Positions 37,929 through 46,626 of a DNA stretch of 64,000 nucleotides are shown here, one piece after another. Source of the DNA: Haliscomenobacter sp. (GTDB lineage Bacteria > Bacteroidota > Bacteroidia > Chitinophagales > Saprospiraceae). Under the pieces are notes generated by a model. The model saw only the letters and a list, made by a program, of their open reading frames with translations. It had not been told where the DNA came from and searched no databases. Numbering within the stretch: the stretch's first letter is position 1; each line of letters opens with the position of its first letter. Location of the stretch: positions 1,650 through 65,649 of the forward strand of contig JADKCX010000021.1 in the NCBI GenBank assembly GCA_016718685.1. The letters are read 5' to 3'. The translations under genes were made by a program, and so were the position numbers.

Positions 37929-40187
37929 TTAGACAAAATCTGTCTTCATAAACTGTAAGTCATGACCATGTACTGTCACCTTGAAGCCAAAGAAATTATT
38001 ACTTCCCGGAGGGCAATTTTCCCTCAAAAACTTTGTAAACATCGTCCCCAAATGCTTGGAGGTTCCCTCGCCTTCACTGATGCCGTGTGAACGGTTGGGA
38101 TAAGCCATCATCTGGAACTGTTTGTTGTGTTTGATCAGCTCGTTGATCAACAGCTCTGCATTTTGGTAATGCACGTTGTCGTCTCCGGTGCCGTGTACGT
38201 AGAGCAATTTACCCTTGAGGTTTTTGGCGTACGTGATCGGCGAACCTTTCACAAAATCCTCCATATTTTCTTGTGGCAAACCCATGTAACGTTCCTGGTA
38301 AATGTTGTCGTAGCACAACTGATTCGCTACTGCGGCTACGGAGAAGCCCGCTTTGTAAATTTCAGGATGTTGGAACAGGAGGTTGAGCGTGGCACTGCCG
38401 CCGCCGCTCCAGCCCCATACCGCAACCCTGGAAGTATCGATGTATCCCCACTTGAAAATTTCTTTGGCGCCCATCGCCTGATCATGGATGTTGACCAGAC
38501 CAATTTTGCGGTAAATGGATTTGCGCCAGGCTCGGCCTTTGGGAGCAGGAGTCCCCCGATTGTCTAGCGAGACGTAGACGTAGCCATCATCGGCCATGCT
38601 GCCCTGGTACATATTGGCATTCCCGGTGCCCCAGGAATTGTTTACGGTTTGTCCGGCGGGTTCGGTGTACACGTAAAACACCACCGGGTATTTTTTTTGT
38701 GGATCAAAATTAGTGGGTTTGACCACCCAGCCGTCCATGGTTACATTGTCGGGGGTGGTGACCTGAAAAAACTCCACCTTCGGGCCAACACTTTCCGTTT
38801 TCACCGCTTCTGCTTTAGGCTTAAGGGGTTTGCAATCGGGAATAGAGACCCAGTCGCTTTGCGGACGGGTATTGACATTGGAAAAGCGCTGCTGCGCAAA
38901 ACGGCCGCTGGGTGAAAACTGATAGCCATATGTGCCCTGCGTATTGGCGGGTGAGAGGCGTTCCGCTTTGCCGCTGCCATCCAAATTTGTTTTGTAGAGG
39001 TATTTTTCGGCGGCGTTGTCCGGGGAGGCAATGAAATACACCACGTTGTTTTTTTCATCAATCAACCCCGGATCAATCACATCGTAATTGCCTGCGGTGA
39101 TCAGTTTTTCCTGTTTGCCATCGCGGCTGATGCGGTAGTAGTGGCGCCAGCCATCCTTTTCGGTCAACCACAAGAATTCCTTCCCGCCGTTGATCCAATC
39201 CCAATCCTGATTGGGATCAAGTTGTACATCCACCCAAGCTTCATCTTTTTCTTCCAAAATAACCTTGGCCGTTCCATTGGTGATGTTGCACAGGAAAATT
39301 TTGCTCACCTGTTGTTTGCGGTCCAGTTGTTGCAGGACGATTTCGGTAGCATTCGCCGCCCAGCTCATGCGGGGGATGTAATGCTGCCGATTGTCGCCGG
39401 GCACGTTCATCCAGCGGGTAGCGCCCCCTTTGACGGGTACAATGCCAACGCGACAAGCTGAAGGCGTCTCGCCAACTTTGGGGTATTCTACGGGAATGGT
39501 GTACGAATAAATAGAATCGGTGGTATTCATCATCAGGAAGTACTTCACCGCAGTGGCGTCGATTTGCCAGTAGGCAATGTTGTTGCCATCAGGGCTCCAG
39601 CGAAAGCCATCGCGACAGAAAAATTCTTCTTCATAGGCCCAATCAAAGGTGCCATTGATGATTTTGTCGGTACCGTCCTTGGTCAATTGGGTGGTTTTGT
39701 TGTCCGCCAGATTTTCCACATAAAGGTTGTGTTTACTGACATAGGCCACTTTGCTGCCATCGGGCGAAAATTTGGCGAACATCAGCGAAGAAACTGGAAG
39801 GTTTGCCCCCAATTGTTTGAGTGTTTTTTTATCCAGGTCCAATACCCAGTAATCACCCCGGGTATCCATCCGCCAAACCCGGACGGAATTGGTATAAATC
39901 AATGCTTTGCGGTTGTCTTTCGAAAGTTGGAAAGAGCGCACCCGCAAGGCCTGGGTTTTTCCCGCAGGCGTAAGCATCGCCGCGTCGGCAATGACACTCC
40001 GGGTCTGTTCGGGTAGGGTGTATTGTACAATCTCGCTTTTTTCGCTGGTCCAATAGGCATTGCCATCCTTGGTCCATTGATTTCCGCCCCCTTGGGCAGA
40101 TAAGTTGGTGTGGACTAAAGCCAGCAGCACCACAATGATACACACGCGCTGATATACAGCAGAAATGAGTAGGGTAAACTTATTCAT
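37929..40187 (-). CDS. Dipeptidyl-peptidase IV-type S9 serine peptidase
   Basis: Starts at MNKFTLLISAV... (signal). DPPIV N-terminal beta-propeller region, catalytic VAVWGWSGGGS, later GTGDDNVHYQN and PNRSHGI. The upstream 52 aa of the track ORF is unsupported. Confidence 0.9.
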   Translation of the reverse strand: MNKFTLLISAVYQRVCIIVVLLALVHTNLSAQGGGNQWTKDGNAYWTSEKSEIVQYTLPEQTRSVIADAAMLTPAGKTQALRVRSFQLSKDNRKALIYTNSVRVWRMDTRGDYWVLDLDKKTLKQLGANLPVSSLMFAKFSPDGSKVAYVSKHNLYVENLADNKTTQLTKDGTDKIINGTFDWAYEEEFFCRDGFRWSPDGNNIAYWQIDATAVKYFLMMNTTDSIYSYTIPVEYPKVGETPSACRVGIVPVKGGATRWMNVPGDNRQHYIPRMSWAANATEIVLQQLDRKQQVSKIFLCNITNGTAKVILEEKDEAWVDVQLDPNQDWDWINGGKEFLWLTEKDGWRHYYRISRDGKQEKLITAGNYDVIDPGLIDEKNNVVYFIASPDNAAEKYLYKTNLDGSGKAERLSPANTQGTYGYQFSPSGRFAQQRFSNVNTRPQSDWVSIPDCKPLKPKAEAVKTESVGPKVEFFQVTTPDNVTMDGWVVKPTNFDPQKKYPVVFYVYTEPAGQTVNNSWGTGNANMYQGSMADDGYVYVSLDNRGTPAPKGRAWRKSIYRKIGLVNIHDQAMGAKEIFKWGYIDTSRVAVWGWSGGGSATLNLLFQHPEIYKAGFSVAAVANQLCYDNIYQERYMGLPQENMEDFVKGSPITYAKNLKGKLLYVHGTGDDNVHYQNAELLINELIKHNKQFQMMAYPNRSHGISEGEGTSKHLGTMFTKFLRENCPPGSNNFFGFKVTVHGHDLQFMKTDFV

Positions 40188-40588
40188 ATGCCTGACAATT
40201 TTGGGAAAGTTAAGAGAAATAATAAGCAATAAGCGCGCTGGAAACCAAAAACTGCCGTGTGCAGGGAATTGGTCGACGAAGGAAGGATTGGCGTTGGAAG
40301 CCGGAGGCATAAAAAAAGAGCATCCTCCAAGAGGATGCTCCAAGATTCCCTAAAATCACCCGAATTATTAATCAATAATAGCGATTAACTGTCACAAATA
40401 AACAGGTTTTGAACAGGGTATTCGATGACATTTATCATGAATCCCTTTTGATTTTCATCATGCACGAAATAATGCTGCAATTTTTTTATTTCAATTCCTG
40501 AAAGTCACCCCTTTACTTTGATTTTGCTCATTGTCTTCCGATCAGGTTTTTGGCTTTTTTGCAACAAGTTCAACTTCAACTTACGATC

Positions 40589-41440
40589 ATGAGCCAAATA
40601 AAAAAGATACTGTTCCCGACCGATTTTTCGCCAACTGCGCAAAATGCTTTCAAACACTGTTTGATTCTGGCCGACTACTACGAGGCGAAGGTCGAAGTTG
40701 TCCACGTGGTTTTTCCTGAATATGCCGCGCTGGACATGCCTGTGGTATCCATGACTACAACCCGCGAAAAAGCTGAAGCAGCCCTGACTGTTCTTGGTTC
40801 TTTTGTAGAATTGGGGATGACCCAAACCCAGGAATTTTACACGTTTAAAAATTCACCCAGCGTTGAGCAAATGGTGGAAATTGGGGTTCCCATTGGCACC
40901 ATCTTAAAACTGGCCGATGAAAAGCACATCGACTTAATCATGCTCGGCACCAAAGGCGAACACAATACCCTGGAAAGAGCCTTTGGCAGTGTAAGCACCG
41001 GGGTGCTCGAACACGCCCTTTGTCCGGTGATGGTCATACCTGAGTTTGCCCACTGGAAACCTACCCATATCGTAGCTTATGCCAGCGATTTATCGGAATC
41101 TGATCCCTACCATTTTTGGAAAGCAGCAGATATCTTGACGCCCTTTCATCCGCTGGTGCATGTGGTGAACATCCACAAAGGGGAAGCCCACGATGAAGTA
41201 GCCATTGATGAGTTGAAAAAGATTTTCAGCAGCAATACCCCCGCCGTACAAATTTCTTTTCACCAGGAAAAACACGATTCCATTACCGCAGGCATAGAAA
41301 CCTTTGTAGACAATTATGGCGTAGATTTATTGATGATGTATTCCCCGCATCGTTCCTGGATTGAACGTTTGTTTCACCACAGTCAAACCCGCGATCTGGC
41401 TTTTACCACTCGGATTCCCATGCTGGTGATTAAGCGTTGA
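40589..41440 (+). CDS. Universal stress protein, tandem UspA domains
   Basis: MSQIKKILFPTDFS... and a second half HIVAYASDLSE...; LIMLGTKG / LLMMYS and C-terminal ...TRIPMLVIK. Confidence 0.85.
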   Translation: MSQIKKILFPTDFSPTAQNAFKHCLILADYYEAKVEVVHVVFPEYAALDMPVVSMTTTREKAEAALTVLGSFVELGMTQTQEFYTFKNSPSVEQMVEIGVPIGTILKLADEKHIDLIMLGTKGEHNTLERAFGSVSTGVLEHALCPVMVIPEFAHWKPTHIVAYASDLSESDPYHFWKAADILTPFHPLVHVVNIHKGEAHDEVAIDELKKIFSSNTPAVQISFHQEKHDSITAGIETFVDNYGVDLLMMYSPHRSWIERLFHHSQTRDLAFTTRIPMLVIKR

Positions 41441-41444
41441 GGGA

Positions 41445-41508
41445 GCTTGAGAAGTTGAGTTTTAAGTTCGGCGAGCGACATGCACTACTTAATCAACTTT
41501 CAACTTTA
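41445..41508. repeat. Degenerate word-repeat palindrome (GTTGA-word family)
   Basis: CTTGAGAAGTTGAGTTTTAAGTT ... ACTTAATCAACTTTCAACTTT. Lies between the usp stop and the HDAC start. Confidence 0.6.
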
Positions 41509-41525
41509 AATCCTATTTTTAAGCC

Positions 41526-42488
41526 ATGAAACTATTGTACAACAGCGTTTGCCAACGCCACGATACGGGAATGCATCCAGAAAACAAGAAGCGGCTGGAG
41601 GTGTTTTCCGACATTCCGGAAACCGTTTTTTTAGATGGGGAACCCTATCTGGAGTTGATTCACGATCCAAAATACATCCAACAAGTTCGTGAAACCTCAC
41701 ACCTGGGTGGGCATTTGGACGAAGACACCGTCGTTTCGGAAGGAAGTTTTATGGCTGCCTGTCACGCCGTAGGCGCTACCATCCAGGCCATGCACAACCA
41801 GGATTTTGCGCTGGTGCGGCCACCGGGCCACCATGCATATCGCGATCGGGCCAGTGGTTTTTGCCTGTTCAACAATGTGGCCATCGCCGCCCAACTGGCG
41901 GTGAATGAAGGAAAAAAAGTACTCATTTTTGATTTTGATGGCCATTTGGGTGATGGCACGTCGGATATATTTTATGGCTCCAATCAGGTCATGTACTGGT
42001 CTATGCACCAATATCCAGCGTTTCCTGGACACGGTTTTGTCAATGAACTGGGTGCAGGTGAAGGCTTGGGTTACACCCTCAACATGCCCTTGCCTCCCGG
42101 CAGTGCCGACGATATTTTTTTGGATGCAGTAGGGCATTTTTTGCCCATCGCCGAGCAGTTCCAACCCGATGTGGTGGCAGTTTCCGCTGGTTTTGACGCA
42201 CACCAATACGACTTGTTGCTGGATTTAAAAGTAAGCACCAATACGTACTACCGCATTGGCCAGTTGCTCAGCGAAAATTTTGCCCATGTTTTTGCTGTAT
42301 TGGAAGGGGGGTACAACATCCCTGAACTGCAAAAATGTGTTTATGCTTTTGAAGCGGGCATCAACGGCCTGAATCTGCCTCCTCCTTGTGAAGAAGTGCG
42401 TACAACCTCCGGTATGCGCGTGTGGGAAACGTACGAAATGTACTTGCACGGCGCATTGGGGAAATTGAAAAGCAATTGGAGAATTTAA
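41526..42488 (+). CDS. Histone deacetylase-family (acetoin utilisation/acetylpolyamine amidohydrolase-like) protein
   Basis: RPPGHHA, FCLFNNVAIAA, DFDGHLGDGT, SAGFDAH, LEGGYN - the full HDAC active-site series. Confidence 0.9.
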   Translation: MKLLYNSVCQRHDTGMHPENKKRLEVFSDIPETVFLDGEPYLELIHDPKYIQQVRETSHLGGHLDEDTVVSEGSFMAACHAVGATIQAMHNQDFALVRPPGHHAYRDRASGFCLFNNVAIAAQLAVNEGKKVLIFDFDGHLGDGTSDIFYGSNQVMYWSMHQYPAFPGHGFVNELGAGEGLGYTLNMPLPPGSADDIFLDAVGHFLPIAEQFQPDVVAVSAGFDAHQYDLLLDLKVSTNTYYRIGQLLSENFAHVFAVLEGGYNIPELQKCVYAFEAGINGLNLPPPCEEVRTTSGMRVWETYEMYLHGALGKLKSNWRI

Positions 42489-42490
42489 CA

Positions 42491-42606
42491 GGGTTCGGGG
42501 TTTTCGTCGTTCGAGGTTCTGGGAGCAATGCTCGCCACGACCCCGAACCCTGAACCCGAAACCCTGAACCCCCGAACCCAAACTCAAACCCTAAAACCCT
42601 CGAACC
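42491..42606. repeat. Word-repeat palindrome (GGTTCGRG / CYCGAACC), strongly asymmetric
   Basis: CAGGGTTCGGGGT pairs perfectly (13 bp) with ACCCCGAACCCTG. The right side then continues for about 55 nt of (A/C)CCCGAAC / CCCTGAAC / CCCTAAAAC words up to the mnmE ATG at 42607. Confidence 0.85.
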
Positions 42607-43982
42607 ATGCCCACTGATACCATCGTTGCCCTCGCTACCCCGCCCGGAATTGGGGCCATTGGCGTCATCCGTTTGTCTGGGCCACAAGCCATCCAGATTG
42701 TTGATGCAGTTTTTTATGGAAAAAAACTCGACAAACAAGCCAGCCATACCATCCATTTTGGCACCATTCGGGATGAGCAAGATCACATTTTGGACGAAGT
42801 CCTGGCTTCACTTTTTGTGGAACCCCGCTCATATACTGGAGAAAATGTAGTAGAAATCTCCTGCCACGGCTCCAATTACATCATCCAGGAGTTGATTCGA
42901 TTGTTCATTCGGAAGGGTGCCCGTTTGGCGCAGCCGGGGGAATTCACCTTGCGGGCCTTCCTCAACGGGCAGATGGACCTCTCGCAAGCCGAGGCGGTGG
43001 CCGATCTCATTGCGTCGAGTTCCGAAGCTGCGCAACAAGTGGCCATCAAACAACTGCGGGGCGGGATTTCGAGCGAGATCAAAAAACTGCGCCAAGAGCT
43101 GATCGATTTTGCCAGTTTGATTGAATTGGAACTGGACTTTGGCGAGGAAGACGTGGAGTTTGCCAACCGTGATCAATTGCGGAATCTGGTGGAAAAACTG
43201 ATCCGCCTGATGCACAAATTGCTCGATTCCTTCCAATTGGGCAACGCCATCAAAGAAGGGGTGAATACCGTAATTGCCGGGCGGCCCAACGCCGGGAAGT
43301 CAACGTTACTCAACGCTCTGCTCAATGAAGAGCGCGCCATTGTCAGCGAAATTGCGGGCACGACGCGGGACACCATCGAGGAGTCGCTCAACATTCAGGG
43401 CATCCAGTTTCGGATCATCGACACAGCGGGCATCCGCGAGGCCTCGGATACCATTGAGGCGATCGGAATCAAAAAACCCTGGAAAAAGTGCGGCAATCCG
43501 CCGTACTCCTCTATATTTTTGACGTGATCAAGACCCAACCTGCCCAGTTGGAAGCCGACCTCGCCCAACTGCTGCATCCCAATACCCAACTCCTGGTGGT
43601 GGCCAACAAAATGGACCTCAACCCCTACACCGAATACAAGCATTACGCCAACCCCCACTTCACGGCCGAGCAATGGATTCCCATCTCGGCAGCCAATGAA
43701 ATGAACATCGAATACCTCAAAGAACGCCTCTACCAAACCGTAGTAAGCAACGAAGTGAGCATGGACGCCGCCATTGTGAGCAACGTCCGGCATTACGAGG
43801 CCTTGCAAAAGGCCAAAGAAAGCCTGGAAGCCGTCATTCAAGGCTTGGGCAGCGCGGTGACCACCGATTTTATCGCCATGGACATCCGGCATTCCCTGGC
43901 CTATTTGGGTGAAATTACCGGGGAGATTTCGACGGAAGATTTGCTGGACAATATTTTTTCGAGGTTCTGTATCGGAAAATAA
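42607..43982 (+). CDS. mnmE: tRNA modification GTPase MnmE; one homopolymer frame disruption
   Basis: N-terminus [23 protein letters not shown]-domain [14 protein letters not shown]...DTAGIR, C-terminus FCIGK. ORFs 42607..43527 and 43488..43982 join at the A6 run 43471..43476. A7 would give ...[23 protein letters not shown]. Confidence 0.9.
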
Positions 43983-44120
43983 GCTCATCGACATAATTAC
44001 TTTTTTCGAATTCCAAAAAATATTATGTTTTAATCTTGAAACCTGTGGTACCACTTCTCCGTATAAGCCATTTATACCGTGCGTATTAAGTGCACAACTT
44101 ATTTACACCTGGATCATACT

Positions 44121-45047
44121 ATGGAGAACACCACCATCAAAAGCGGCTACGCCTTTCCGGCGCAACTGCCTACCTACAGCCCTCAGCACTGGTTTACCTT
44201 TTTGTTTCGCTTCAACCAGACCGACACCATTCGCAAGCTTTATCCGATGATCATTTTGATCTGTATTTATTCGGGTTTGGTGGCTTATTTGGAGATGGAG
44301 GTTTGGCAACTCACCGAAAAGAGCTACGTGCGCAACATTTCGGTGATGCATTCCCTGTTGGGTTTTGTCATTTCCTTTTTGCTGGTTTTTCGCACCAACA
44401 CGGCCTATGAACGTTGGTGGGACGGACGCCGATTGTGGAGCCAGCAAGTGCAACACAGCCGCAACCTCGCCATTAAGCTGGCGGCTATGCTGCCGGACGA
44501 TGCCAAAGAACGCGGGTATTTCCGGATTTTGATTCCCGCCTATGCCAGTGCTTTGTTGCGACACCTCAACAAAAGAGTGCCAGATCAAGGCAATGAAATG
44601 GATGCCTTGCCAGGTGATTTACAAGTTCAACTGGATTATGAAAAACACATCCCCAACCAATACGTTGGTTTGATGCACCAATATTTGCAAAACATGTTTC
44701 GCGAGGGGCGATTGCAGTGGGGTCAAGTACTGTTCGTCAACCCCGAATTGCAGGCATTTACCGAAATATGCGCCAGTTGTGAGCGCATCCGCTACACGCC
44801 CATCCCGCGCTCGTACAGCAGTTTTCTCAAAAAATTCATTTTTATTTACATCATGACCCTGCCCTTTGGGTACGTGTTCAATCTGGGTTATTTCATCATT
44901 CCCATCGTGGCTTTTGTGTTTTATGTACTGGCCAGTTTGGAGCTGATTGCCGAAGAAATTGAAGATCCTTTTGGCGGGGATGACAATGATTTGCCCCTCC
45001 TGCGGATTGTGCAGGGCATCAAAAGCCAGGTGGAAGAGGTATTGTAG
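44121..45047 (+). CDS. Bestrophin-family (UPF0187/YneE) anion channel
   Basis: Starts at MENTTIKS. LLVFRTNTAYERWWDGRRLW and C-terminal IAEEIEDPFGGDDNDLPL are the family hallmarks. Confidence 0.8.
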   Translation: MENTTIKSGYAFPAQLPTYSPQHWFTFLFRFNQTDTIRKLYPMIILICIYSGLVAYLEMEVWQLTEKSYVRNISVMHSLLGFVISFLLVFRTNTAYERWWDGRRLWSQQVQHSRNLAIKLAAMLPDDAKERGYFRILIPAYASALLRHLNKRVPDQGNEMDALPGDLQVQLDYEKHIPNQYVGLMHQYLQNMFREGRLQWGQVLFVNPELQAFTEICASCERIRYTPIPRSYSSFLKKFIFIYIMTLPFGYVFNLGYFIIPIVAFVFYVLASLELIAEEIEDPFGGDDNDLPLLRIVQGIKSQVEEVL

Positions 45048-45052
45048 CTTTA

Positions 45053-45166
45053 GTTGAAGGATTTAAGGGTTGAAAAGTTTGGGCGCTACAAGGCATTACA
45101 GTGGTAATGGAAATTGTGCATTATCTAACATTTCCAACTTTTCGGCGCAGCAACTTTTCAACTTTT
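45053..45166. repeat. Word-repeat palindrome (GTTGAAAA / TTTTCAAC)
   Basis: GTTGAAGGATTTAAGGGTTGAAAAGTTTGG ... CCAACTTTTCGGCGCAGCAACTTTTCAACTTTT, with inner stem CATTAC/GTAATG. Lies between the bestrophin stop and the pepP start. Confidence 0.8.
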
Positions 45167-45207
45167 ACCAATATCTTTTATAACTTAAGGCCCAAAGGAG
45201 AGCGACC

Positions 45208-46509
45208 ATGAAATACGATCCGATCAATCCGGAATTTTTTACCACCAACCGCAAGCGCTTCATGCGCAAAATGCAGCCCGATTCACTGGCAATTTTTTAC
45301 GCCAATGACTTGATGCCCCGCAGTGGTGATACCTTTTTTCCTTTCCGACAGAATTCGGGTTTGTTTTACCTCAGTGGCTTGGATCAGGAAGAGACCATCG
45401 TGGTGTTGTTCCCGGATTGCATCAAGGAAGGATTTCAAGAATTGGCTTTTGTCAAACGCACCAGTGACTACATCGCCATTTGGGAGGGTGAAAAATACAG
45501 CAAAGAGCAAGCTCGAGCGGTATCGGGCATCCAAAAAATTTATTGGCTGGATGAAATGCCCGCCATTTTGCACGAACTCATTTTGCTCGCCAAACGGGTC
45601 TACATCAATACCGAAGAACACGATCGTTTCATCCCCGAGTTGCCTACCCGCAACATGCGCATGGCTCGCGAACTCATGGAGCGTTACCCCGGGCACAAAT
45701 ACCACCGCTCGCAACCCATCCTCAAAAAACTGATGATGAACAAGCAGCCAGTGGAAGTGGAACTCATCCAGCAGGCCATTGGCATCACCGGAAAAGCCTT
45801 CCGCCGGGTGCTCGAATTTGTACGCCCAGGCGTAATGGAATACGAAATAGAAGCAGAAATTGCCCATGAGTTTTTGCGCAACCGCGCCAGTGGCCATTCC
45901 TACGATCCCATCATTGCTTCCGGTTCCAATAGTTGTGTGTTGCATTATACCCGCAACAACCAACAGTGTAAGGCTGGCGATATGTTGTTGATGGATTTTG
46001 GAGCTGAATATGCCCACTATGCTTCCGACCTGACGCGAACCATTCCGGTCAGTGGTCAATTTACGACCCGCCAACGCAGTGTATACGAGTCCGTCTTGCG
46101 CATCATGCGCGATGCTCAGCAGTTGTTGGTACCCGGCACCACCCTGGAAGAATACAGCAAAGAAGTGGTGAAAATGATGGAGAGCGCACTGATTGACCTG
46201 AAATTGCTAACCCGCAAGGACATCGATCAGCAAAACCCGGAATTACCGCTCTACAAACAATACTTCATGCACGGCACTTCCCACCATTTGGGGATGGACG
46301 TTCACGATCTGGCCGATCGCTACGTGCCCATTCAGGAGGGCATGGTCTTCACTTGTGAGCCGGGCATTTACATCCGCAATGAAAACCTTGGCATCCGCAT
46401 TGAAAATGACATTTTGGTCACCGAGAATGGCCCCGTGGATTTGATGGCCAGCATCCCCGTTGAAGCGGAGGAAATAGAAGAATTGATGTCGGTGATGATT
46501 TCGGAGTAA
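45208..46509 (+). CDS. pepP: Xaa-Pro aminopeptidase (M24B)
   Basis: Creatinase/prolidase N-domain plus M24 metal ligands (LLMDFGAEY..YASDLTRT, HGTSHHLGMDVHD, FTCEPGIY, IRIENDILVTE). Confidence 0.9.
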   Translation: MKYDPINPEFFTTNRKRFMRKMQPDSLAIFYANDLMPRSGDTFFPFRQNSGLFYLSGLDQEETIVVLFPDCIKEGFQELAFVKRTSDYIAIWEGEKYSKEQARAVSGIQKIYWLDEMPAILHELILLAKRVYINTEEHDRFIPELPTRNMRMARELMERYPGHKYHRSQPILKKLMMNKQPVEVELIQQAIGITGKAFRRVLEFVRPGVMEYEIEAEIAHEFLRNRASGHSYDPIIASGSNSCVLHYTRNNQQCKAGDMLLMDFGAEYAHYASDLTRTIPVSGQFTTRQRSVYESVLRIMRDAQQLLVPGTTLEEYSKEVVKMMESALIDLKLLTRKDIDQQNPELPLYKQYFMHGTSHHLGMDVHDLADRYVPIQEGMVFTCEPGIYIRNENLGIRIENDILVTENGPVDLMASIPVEAEEIEELMSVMISE

Positions 46510-46521
46510 GTATGTTTTCAC

Positions 46522-46589
46522 CACAGATGGCCACAGATTAACACAGATTTTTTCTCATTTAAATCTGTGCAAATCTGTGGCCATCTGTG
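46522..46589. repeat. Word-repeat palindrome built from CACAGAT words
   Basis: The left arm CACAGATGGCCACAGATTAACACAGATTT pairs with AAATCTGTGCAAATCTGTGGCCATCTGTG as 18 + 9 bp around a 2-nt mismatch, with a 10-nt loop. Lies between convergent gene ends. Confidence 0.9.
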
Positions 46590-46626
46590 ACAATCACTAG
46601 TGAAAAAAGCCACTGTAGGCTGATAT

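Noticed and set aside
43471-43476. Programmed ribosomal frameshifting in mnmE, and likewise in deoC, DUF1800, gldB and the GT2 at 62175.
   Set aside because: None of these families is known to use recoding. The sites are plain homopolymers without slippery-heptamer plus structure context, and the same kind of break recurs across unrelated genes. Consensus error is far more parsimonious.
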